From: Pecten maximus | Lineage: Eukaryota | Assembly: GCF_902652985.1 (NCBI RefSeq) | Contig: NC_047033.1 | Span: 20,894,001 to 20,958,000 of the forward strand | Length of the DNA: 64,000 nt | Direction: 5' to 3' | Part shown: piece after piece, positions 53,135-64,000 of the stretch | Layout: each line of letters opens with the position of its first letter | Position numbering within the stretch: the first letter of the stretch is position 1 | Notes under the pieces: model-generated | What the model saw: the letters and a program-made list of their open reading frames with translations, nothing else | Told to the model about the DNA's origin: nothing | The model's database searches: none | Made by a program: the position numbers and the translations under genes

Positions 53135-53345
53135 ATAGTGTAATGTGACCGGATGGGGTGTCCTGCTGGGTGTATCTGGCAGTGTACTTCAGTGAGGTAG
53201 CACTATAACGTCGGCATCAGTTCTGCACTGACCGCACCCTCCAAATACCTACACCACACGCGTGTATCTTGCATACTGGGGAGGTCGTGCTTAAATAACC
53301 TTAACTGCCGATACGTGTAGTACGTTAAACAATACTAACCACTAA
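53135..53345 (+). mobile_element. Meta-type SINE, 5'-truncated
   Basis: taatgtgaccggatggggtgtcctgctgggtg...cttcagtgaggtagcactataacgtcggcatcag...cgttaaacaatac. Confidence 0.8.
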
Positions 53346-54489
53346 AGCTAGTTTTAACCATACTCAGTCTTGATGACTCTTGCTACCTAATTTGTGAAGT
53401 TTCATTTCGTATATACACATAAAGAATTCATTCGCAGAAATGTAGCATTGAGTTGAGTGCATCATTAACATCAAACATCTTTCAGAACACCAAGTGTTAT
53501 TTATTTGTTTGATTTATCTTAATCAGCAATGTCATAATTAAACGATGCCCTTTTTATTCTCATTCGGGGAAAAAATGGTCTCATTAATGGGCTCGATCCA
53601 AATGTTTATTTTGTTCAGTTCACGCTTTTTTTTTACTTTACAATAATTACTTTTAATGAGAAATTCATTGAATGCATGAACTACGTATCTAGTACATGAA
53701 ATCTTAATCCTACTGGATTAAACACAAGAAATTCATCTAAATGTAGAATTCAAGTTATTTCCTCAAACTTGGGGTTGGGGTTTGGACGGACATGCCCCCA
53801 GATACCCCTGGAGGGATTGCACCTTTGACTGTATGCATAAGTCAGGTCGGGTGCCACATTTGAAAACCCGGTATCCCAGTGGTCTTTCAACGTGATGAAG
53901 TTAGTGTCAACCCTGACAAGTGTTTCGGGCCATTCGTAATCCAAAACCTCTTGGGTATCTAAGTACAGTTCAAATATAGGTCATTCGAAATGTCATTAAT
54001 TTATATCATTCTAGGTACAACTGATTCAAGATACCATTTATACATATTACCGGGGTATAACTGGCCACAGATGGAAAGCTTGTATTGATGGCCTCAACTT
54101 CTCCGGATCCATTAATGACCAGAGGTTGCAATAACTCATCATTAGAGACTGTCGAGGTAATGGTTTCCGAGAATATCGAATAGGAAGTCCAGTTTTCTGT
54201 TAGTTTGTAATAGACGCCATCTGTCTGGACAGGCGTATCAACTCAACACTGTGGTACTTCCTTTTCTACGGTTTGAGCCGGAGGTTTCGTTTTCATAGCA
54301 ATTGAGTGACGCCACTTACACAATACAATGACATCATGTCAACAATGCAACAGGTCTACATCAGATTGATCATATAATTAACTAATCGCTCTATGTACGC
54401 ATAATGCTGCTTTCCTATTCGTCTTATTTTTCATTTCTCGATGAAAAGCAAAAAATCAAGCTCGCTTGCAATCTTGAAAGTGATTGGTT

Positions 54490-55112
54490 TATAGCTCACC
54501 TACATGTAGTCCAAGGAACATTGAGCTTACTCGTATGTCATAATTCGATGTCCGTCGTCCGTCAACTTTTCATTTAAATCGCTACTAGTCATAAGGGACT
54601 GGATTCGTTTTGACCAAATTTGGCCATAAACATCTTTGCATGTTTGGTGATTCTTGCCCCGCTGGGGCTGAAGGGCAAGGCCCGATAGGGGAAATAGGGG
54701 TCCTTTTAAAAGTAAGTCCTTTAAATTGTTACTTGTTATTCATGAATAATATATTTTGACCACATTTGGTCAGAAGTATACTAGGAGGAAGGGGAACAAG
54801 TCTGCGAAATGGAGATGGAGCCCAATGGTGATGTTTCCATTAAACAGATACTTGTCATGAACAACATAATGAGTTTTGACTTGATTTGGTGGGAGGAATT
54901 CTTGGGGGAAGTGAAGCAAATTTTAGATTTCAAGTAATAGGGAAATAGAATCAAATCATTAAAATTGCTACTATTTATAAAGGACTTGTTGGGTTTTTTC
55001 AAGTTTGGTCTGAAATATCCTTTGCTTAAGAGGAACCAATATGCGTGCCTATGACGTCAGGGGCCTTTGCGACAGGGTTCAATAGGGGAACTATAGAAAA
55101 CTCTTTTAAATC
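54490..55112 (-). mobile_element. Helentron/pearl-like element with about 3 internal subrepeats (roughly 150-250 bp)
   Basis: tagctcacc...gagct terminal palindrome, gtccgtcgtccgtc microsatellite, recurring ttaaatYgYtact...ttggYc...agggga(a)atag units. Confidence 0.55.
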
Positions 55113-55784
55113 CTATAAGAATGAAAGAGGCATACTTGGGTGAAGGGTGGCAAGTTTTTGTTTGTTGTTTTCTCACAAACGTTAATTAAGAATACCAACT
55201 GGATAGTTATAACACTTAAACAGTCCTTATCAAACACATTCTTATTGGACGACAGGGTCATCACTTTGACAAAAACAATTAAATAATCAAAACCCCACAT
55301 ACAGGTACAAGCCAGTGATTCAAGTTGTGTCAGAGAAATTTGTGCAATGATACCCAGCATTTCAGATAAATCTTATCTTTGGAATCTGACGCAATGTTCC
55401 TGCTGCCGATATTCCGTATAGAATCCGACTCGCGTCCATTCTAATAGTCTGCGACAACACCAGACCTACAGACATGTCGAACTGTCGCCAGACTGGTGAA
55501 TGATGAGGCGGATGTTGGCGTGGTGGTCAATACTTGCGGTCTGCTTGTATACATTAATGTATGTTAACTTTGTTTACTGTTTTAACATTCAGTGTTAATT
55601 ACATGTTCTTATATGTTATTGTTTTTTTAATATTAGTAGACGAATTGGTCATTTCATACCATGATCGAATTTGTACCCTTATTATGAAAAAATGTGAGAA
55701 TTTTTTGGTCCTCATAATTGCAATTAAAACCGGGAAACAATCCACTGATTAAAGAGGATTTCTAATGTGGTGCTCAACTGAAAA

Positions 55785-56245
55785 TAAGCCCCGGAAAATA
55801 TGTCATGAACACATGCGCAAACTGGTTTGTTTTGAGGAATGACGGACTGGCGATCAAAGTCATACCTCAGAAGCCCAAAGCCGGTCAGACGCACTGGTGG
55901 CGACCAAGAAGGCAAAGAAAAGGATTTGTTAAAATAACAACATCATCTACGACTTGCAGAGTCAACGCGAGTCTTTTAGGCAAACTTAGATGGGATAAAC
56001 GTGAAATGCCATCATGAATTGGCCATGAAACCTCTTAATATTTGTAATAGATAAGCCGATGCATTTCTGTTTATTGTCCGGGGAAGGAACTTGGAGCGTG
56101 CAGGGTCGGTTCACGTGTGGTTCATGACATATTTTACTTATGAAGTTTTGACGTATCTGCACAGATTTGACGGAAATTGAATTGAAAATAAACCAATAGG
56201 GAATTTGGAAGTTTAACTTGAAAAATCTTTATATCTATAAACATG
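55785..56245 (+). repeat. dispersed repeat, homologous to 27650-27975
   Basis: Shared blocks listed for the 27.65-kb copy. Confidence 0.7.
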
Positions 56246-57047
56246 AACAAAGAGAGGTTTTAATTGATGCTATCTATATACAAACATAGGCTTTAGTGTT
56301 AAAGATCGGTATTTCCGACGTACCATATGGCTATTCATGATTTCATAAGACATTCGGAAATGCGAAAACCACGACATAGATGTCACTTCCCTCTCCCTTT
56401 GTCCCATATTTGACTTTAGCCTGGGAGATGTCTAACAACAGTCCGGCGTTGGAATAACTGTCGGTGCTTTACAAGAGGGATAGTGTCATTTTAGCCTTAA
56501 TGACTCCAAATGCCGACGAGGCGTAGGACAACAAAGATCAAACCATTATGATGCATTGTCGAAAACGCCGAGCAGGCACCCCATCCGATCACATTAAACT
56601 GACAACGGGCGAACCAGTACATATATAAAGTGGGACAGACTTTACAAATGTCACCTCAGCGGTTTGGTTGTTTTAAACAACACGTCATTGTAAGTTAATG
56701 TTATCGCCAATTAACCCTGCACTAATTACAATTTGCTTAATGGAAACTAATCGCGATTATTAGCAGCTTTAGTTTAGTGAAGAACATTTATTAAAAGTAG
56801 GAAACAACTTTAAAGGGGCAGCTTTGTTAACTACGATGACAATTAGATCAACATTATAACTAATTCAGACCAAAACACATGTTCGGATTCCGGATTAATA
56901 TTAATATTCCACCAATATATTTACGCATTTATTTTCTTCACTTGATTATCATTATAATTTTTTGTAAAACTCTTTTATTGAAAGAGTTGTTGAATTATTT
57001 ATTTATTATTACTTTATTTGTATATTTACTGGTCCAAACAATTATGC

Positions 57048-57050
<3 letters not shown>

Positions 57051-57113
<63 letters not shown>
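57051..57113. repeat. (GA)n microsatellite
   Basis: About 31 GA units. Confidence 0.97.
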
Positions 57114-57117
<4 letters not shown>

Positions 57118-60100
57118 ACCTAAATGAGTACTTTATCAATTATATTTAAAGACATAATATGCAATGTTTTGTCTGAATAAAAAGATTTTACTCAAAAAAA
57201 AAATCAACATTATAACTTTTTAACTTCATTTCGAGTCTAAGAATATGGCCAGCTATGTTAAACTAAAATTTGATCGTAGAGATGACAGCTGTCTTCACAA
57301 ATATGGATCTGCCTTGGCGTCTTGTATTAAGGGGAAGGAGACACTGAAAAGATATCACAATTGATCCACTGCGGATATCATTTCCACTTCCATCGTTATT
57401 CTTGATCTTATCCTATCTTTACATGGATGTCTTCATTTAATCCCGTAACAGCTTGAGCGATGGTAAATAAGTTAGTACCAAAACTGTAACTACTTTATCA
57501 ACGACACTTCAATAATGACTTATAGAACATGAGCTACTACTGTAATTGCTTTAAGGGGTTACTATATATTTATTTTGGACACTATGAACGGTCAAGATAA
57601 GTGCTGTTCTATAGTGCAATTTCACTGAAAAAGCAGGGGCGAACGTTCAACAAGTCCAGAAAGAGGAGAAAAAGAGTCCGATCCTAATTTTTGCCGCCTC
57701 TTCGGAATCAAGTATTTTTGGTTTGGCACAAATGAAGGCATGCAAAAAATATTTGGGAACAACTTCATCAAATATTTACCACTGGATAATGATACTTAAT
57801 TTTATTTAAGGACATTAATTACGCTAATTGTTTCTTATCGATAAGGTCATAATATTATATGCCATAATATATCACTAACATAAATGTATATTTCTGTTTT
57901 GATGGAAACAAACATTATACATGTACATGTATCTTAAACACGTTTCTTTAAAGTGAGGACCACACAGTGCGTGTAGTGTAGAGCTACAGTAGACATATTT
58001 AATTGACAATTTGTTACTTTCAAAAATGTACACTTTAACAGAAGCCTACTGATACAGCAATATATCAGAGGGCAGATATGGCATGAAAGTAAAGAGACAA
58101 GCATGGATCCTGACAAGGAAACGACCGTGTCTTCTTTGTCAATACTTCAGATAGTTTTAATTAGCTAACAACTGCTTGTGACAGAGACTATCGAAATACA
58201 CAAATCGACAGAAAAGTGACAATGAAAAAATAATTCTAACTTTGATCAATAAAACGACGGCGTAACGGGAACAAAAATATAGATTTGCTTGGAGACTCTT
58301 GACAAATTGCTAGACAAATAAGACCAGGTGTTTCGAAACAGTAAGCGTCCTTTCATGATTCGATAAAAATATAAGTACATATATTGACGCTTTTGTCATG
58401 TTCAGTACATGGATCGTACAATTTTAATATATAAGGTACGAGAAGGGCTGGTATATGTAAAACGTCATAACAGAAAGCATGTACCGAGGAGGGAAAAATA
58501 TCAAAGATGTTCCGGTTTCATCGACAGTGTTAGTATTTAAGTCGAGGTAAAATCCAGGTATGGTCTCATTCAAGTTTCTTTTATTGTTTTTTCCCTTATT
58601 TTTCCTGTGACCATTTCAGTTTACCAATTGTTTGCACTCATTGCAAAGGGGTTTTGACGTCATGTTTATATCCGAATTTGCAGCTAATTCGAAATTGATA
58701 ATGTACAAGCTTCGCGTTAATTATCTAATCATCATTATTTGATTTCAAATTTCTTATTAGAATTTTAATTTTTTGAAACGTGATATGAAGTTATGCTTAA
58801 ATTGAGATCATCATGGATTTAACGACAAATCGATTATGTCGTAAATACGCATGCTTCACGACGCATGTTTATTATAAAACACTCTCAAACCAGGCGCTAC
58901 AAGTGTTTGTGGCGCCTTGTTCCGTCTTTGAGTAAGATTCACTTGACTAGCATACCATTTTAACAGTGCACGTGTTTCAGCTAATCGCTTAAAAACTGTG
59001 AAGGTGCCTCGGATATGTAGTCATTATTGTGTTGAATCTCTAGACTTGTTACGTCACCTTGTATAAGTACAAGTTATACAATTTAGCCTGAAATGTAGCC
59101 ATCATACCCCTTAAGTACTCGGAAAATATTTTGTCTACCTCTTGCAAGCTTATGATGATACATAATCTAACAAGAGGTCCATAGGACCTGTGTCGATCAC
59201 CAGGGTATTTTGAGAGATTTTGACAAAATACTCATGTTACAATACCAACATTTTCCTGTGTTCGGGAGCTACCAATCAGTACCGTGCCTTGCAGTCAGCA
59301 CTTCAATTTAACTAATATTTAGTGTTCTGGTTCCAAAAATGATTAAAGCAGCTTTTAGCAAATTAAGTTGAAAAAAGTACTCGACATTTATAACCAGTTT
59401 TGACTTCCTCCCCGGTAATATATCATATCCAGGTTCACACCAACCAATAAGGAGCCAGACATACTTACCGATTTATTCAAAATTAATTTCCCTTCATACA
59501 CTACTGACAAAAATTGAACAAAAATTCTATCACACATAAACGCAATTGCCATAGCACATTTAGCAAATAAAACAACTAAAAAGAAAGAAAAAAAAATTTC
59601 CCCATTTTTATTCCACCCTTTAGGCGGCCACAGCTTAACCTTTACATACAAAACTGGTTCCCTTTCATCGATGGATGCTTTCAATAAAATATTAACTGGA
59701 TCCTGACATTCTTACAACAAAATGATTCCAAAGCGTTTGCTATGTTTCCCCTATTTACCATGGCTTTGATTCCAGTCAGTGGTTACGAAGAACTCTTCTT
59801 AATGTGACGGTTCACACAGTGTCATGTATTAAAAAGTAGAATAAGTTTACCTATATTTTGTCATTTGACCTTTTACGTGTATCAAAGAATCAAAGAATGT
59901 CCGGACATTATCTCCTACACTACTTATCGGTAAAAATTCATACATGGAACATGGATTCATCTTGGTGTGGTGGTTTATATGTATCAAAAGTAAGTCAGTT
60001 TTGACATTTGACCTGTATATCAAGGAAAACATCTTTGGCGTATGGGTTCTTCTTAGTTATAACGAATTTATCATCTTCGCATTTTCGGCATACACGCTGT

Positions 60101-62197
60101 AATTTCTAATCCGATTATGGGACTGCGATTCCCCCTATTGTCTTGTTAATATTTGCTTCTGAAGAAATCGAGTCAAAAAGTGTATAAGGTTTTAATGTAT
60201 TAGAAAACACGATTACTTGTGTTCATCAAAATATCAATTCATTGGGGAATAAATGAGAAACCAAAATGGAAATTTGCCTCCATCACAAAGCTTATGTTCT
60301 TAATGTATCAGGGCTTTAATTATGTACTTATGTTCCTCTCTTGGTGACACGCTTGAAGTAGATATCATAAATAAGCGGAGTCTAATTGTAAGGACTTCTT
60401 CACGCATCTCAACGTCATCTCCTAAAAATCTTATAAACTAGAAATATCAATAACTAAAATTGCCGATGGAGCCTAAAACAATAAAATATATTCTTATGGT
60501 GATGTCATTCAGCTTAGGCGGCCTCACTTTGTATTCCATCTAAATGTTGCTGATGTCTTTTTAACACAAGCGAGTTACGAAGTGGTTTTGAGCGGATAAT
60601 AATGATGCCGTGGTACCAATCAGGAGTATGCATCCATATTCCTCTGTAGAATTATATATTGTCTTCGTTGAGATTGATAAGTAATTCTGTTAATGTCTTT
60701 ATAGGAGCTTATCTAGTGCGAATGATATTCAAATCAAAACCTGGCTTGATGTCAAGCAATTGGGCAATTGCGTACCAATAAAAGGAAAAACTCCAAATGC
60801 AGGTAATTTGAAATCAGATCACAAGAGATATGCACCAATTATTGATTTACTGCAGATACTTACAAACGTACAATGATAACCAGGTCAGGTGTCCCTTCAA
60901 GTTATTCATCTTTTGAACTCTTTGAAAAGTCTACTTACAGTCAGGGAAAAGGGATAACGAGGATCATGACAATATTGGCACAAGGTAATGAGCACCTTTG
61001 CCAGCACATCTTAACAGGAGCCGTCATGAAAGGTAGTAAAAGGGATAGTGATGTAGTGTAGTATGTGCATTAATAGGGATGCTGGGCTCAAGTGCTCTCG
61101 ATTAAGGCGACGTAGTTATATCAACACCTTCAACGTTAGGGAATTTGTGTATTTTCTTTGTCGCCAGCAGAACATAGATCTTCTTTGCGTATGGCTTCTA
61201 TTTCTTAAGACTGGTAATATTACACTTTCAGGCGACAGTAAACATCTTGTTGTACACCGTGTAACTCGACACTGGACGTATTCGTGACGATACAATGGAC
61301 ACTTCAAAAGAAATCTTTAACATAAAAAAATGCTGGAAATATAACATGGTTTGGTGTTGTTCTCTGTTAACACAATGGTGACATAAAATGCCGCTGTGCC
61401 CGAAAAGTGGGGTCTTTCGCTTTCGCTTTCACTACCACCTGGTGTCTTGGCGTCCATAATAATATATTATACTTTAATGGGCGTACCCAAACAAGCTGTA
61501 GAGTAGTTTTTTGTTTTGTTTTTTTGTTGTTGTTTGTTGTTTTTTTGTTGTTTTTTTTTATTGGTTATTTTTCGTATAAATTTGCTACTAATGTATCTCA
61601 TATCACACCCAGTACCCATTATCAGTTCGGTATCACATTGTCCTTCGGTATTAGAGTCAATATAATGAAAAGCTTTTCTCATTAAGAAAAAAATCTAAAT
61701 CATTATTATGGAGTTTAGAACATGTTCCAATTAATATATCAATTAATTTAAAGAAAAATATCAATCATTAAGATGGAACCATTCCTTGCCGTATAAGAAG
61801 TTCAATCAGCCTATTGTCCTATAGCCTTCCGTACAGAGAAAGGCGCTCAGCGAGAGTTTGAGAACGTACCACGGAGGTATCATTAGTGACTTTTCAGTTT
61901 TCACTGATCATCAACCGCAACCTTTGTATTGAAGAAACGCGCAAGTAGGTTGGATTGTTTTCTTTAAGATGATCGCTGCAATCAATTTGGATGAATAAAG
62001 CGATAAACTGGTCACCTTCAATGCTAGATCGGTTCCATATGATTTCGAGACTACTCTTGCCAGATCCTGTGCCTTTCGGACCATAATTATAAAATTGGTG
62101 TTCAGCAGCCTTGAAGAAATGAAATGAAAATGTGAAAATGTATTTGTATACTTTCCCTGAAAAACAATGTAGTGTGTAACCCATTCAGTATTTCATA

Positions 62198-62325
62198 GCA
62201 AATACTTCAATTTTTTGCAAGAAAATACTTCACATTTTGCAAGAAAATACTTACATATTTACCAGAAATTACTTATAGTTTTCCAGAAATCATTTATATT
62301 TTGACAAAAAAACTTATATATCTGC
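62198..62325. repeat. degenerate 21-22-bp tandem repeat
   Basis: gcaagaaaatacttcacatttt variants, about 6 copies decaying to the right. Confidence 0.7.
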
Positions 62326-62954
62326 CAACAATTAATACAACGCTAACACAGATGATGCGCCTTTGATAAATAAGTATCTATTGGAAAAAAACAGACTGCT
62401 ACAGTATATATTTCCATACATTACCAAATCTTTCACATACTTTACGCTTTAGCAACCTTCTACGTGCGCAGCTTCTATTTTTATCTTTTAAACGTTTAAT
62501 TATTTGAATCTCGAGGATTTGGTTTTGAAATTACTTGATTTAATTATTAGATAAATTTGTATTTCTTTTTGTGATAAACAGCGCTGTAGGCGGTGTAGCG
62601 TCTGTAATTGAAGGATGGCAAATTCTGATTTAGCCCGACATTGTTTTAAGATGAAATCAAGTTCAGCTGGTGTACATCTTTGATTCCGAAAATCTGCCTA
62701 TGCCGGTTGCAGAATAAAAAGAATAATTTGAATATCTCCTGAAACGTCTCTAAGCATCTAATTACTCCGTCCCTACCCATGACTATATAGATAATTAATG
62801 AAGTCAAGCAAATATATTTACACGTGATCTATTATGGAAAAGAATTAAACACTTCATTAATTCTTAATTTATCAATTAGCAGTAACACTCAACCTGACGA
62901 AGTAGAATCGGGAATAATATTGCTGTCACAAACGATAAGAGGAGACTTCACTAA

Positions 62955-63187
62955 GCTGCTTTATCCTGCGATGTTTGTTATTTCTTAAATTGTTTCAGAA
63001 AAATCGCAAAGCTGTTTTATCCAACGATTTGTGCTGTTTGTTAAATTTTTTCAGAAAAATCACAAAGCTGTTTATCCAACGATGTGTGCTGTTTGTTAAA
63101 TTGTTTCAGAAAAATCGCAAAGCTGTTTTATCCAACGATGTGTGCTGTTTGTTAAATTGCTTCAGAAAAAAACATAAAACTGTTTTA
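62955..63187. repeat. 56-bp minisatellite, about 4 copies
   Basis: gctgttttatccaacgatgtgtgctgtttgttaaattgtttcagaaaaatcgcaaa at 62955, 63011, 63067 and 63122. Confidence 0.93.
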
Positions 63188-64000
63188 CATATACATGTAT
63201 TTATAACAGGAATCGTCGACATTAATCACCAAGAAGTGGGAACAAAACCACAACAGATAACATAAATACTTTAGTACTAACATAAAGTATAAATTTGCAT
63301 GGAAACCCTAGAAAGGTACAGGGAGAACAAATCTAAGGTGTTCTGAAAGGTAAGGAAGGGTCTTTTGTATCATCGACGACATCCGCCTTATAAAGTCGCG
63401 TTAAGCCATATTTTTTCATAATGAGAACTAGGTTGGTGACAACGGACCCACGAGACACATCAGAATGTATCGAACACGTCTCGAATTCATATCGCATTAG
63501 AAAATATATTTCCAAATAAATTCATGATGTCCCCCAATAGCTTTCATCAATTTGCAGCTTTGTTTATTATCTGCCTGAAGTCGACATCAGTCACAGAAAT
63601 ACTGGGTAAAGGGAACAAGTCTTTCAATATCGAATCTCAACTGGGACATTGCCTAGCACCGTATGGAAACAGCCATGTCTTGAAATGGTAAATTTTAAAT
63701 TGTGAAATCTAAATCATCACGCGTATCATAGAGCTTAATTGTAATTTGTTAAAGCTAAGTCAACAAGGAATCATATCTAAACTGTTTATATAATCATTAA
63801 TATATTGACTGAAAACTTTAACATAATGTGCTCTCTACATGAACATGCCTTACGATACAGTTAGATATATTGTCTATAAACATCAGTATTCAAATGACGC
63901 CCATCTTGGCAGGCAACAAAGTTCTGTGCGAAATAATCAGACACCGAAATCTAACGTCATTTTGTGAATGAGCCATACATTGCGACAGTTTAGTGTATTG

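Overview
AT-rich, repeat-dominated eukaryotic (metazoan) genomic DNA, most likely a bivalve mollusc (inferred from the Meta- and V-domain tRNA-SINEs and Helentron/pearl-like repeats). It is not prokaryotic: there is no operon, rRNA or CRISPR, and none of the short ORFs in the track is a complete gene. Contents: (i) more than a dozen copies or fragments of a tRNA/Meta-domain SINE and two TSD-flanked V-domain SINEs that share the same 3' tail; (ii) relics of RNase H-bearing non-LTR retrotransposons (26.7, 33.3 and 37.6 kb) and a Gypsy pol relic (22-23 kb); (iii) an intact 1.1-kb TA-flanked Tc1/mariner-type MITE; (iv) at least 7 non-autonomous elements ending in a long hairpin, three carrying the N-terminus of a Crypton/DUF3504-like tyrosine recombinase, sometimes docked end-to-end; (v) minisatellites with higher-order periodicity; (vi) a decayed LRR gene segment (13.3-14.0 kb) and one clean 183-nt orphan exon (39790-39972). 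Best leads: the hairpin-terminated Crypton-like system with family-specific iterated motifs at both ends; a pseudoknot-like RNA module that defines the exact 5' end of a full-length SINE; and about 7-fold enrichment of TACATGTA, the expected excision footprint of the resident MITE type. Coordinates of degraded elements are approximate; all family assignments come from reading by eye, not database searches.
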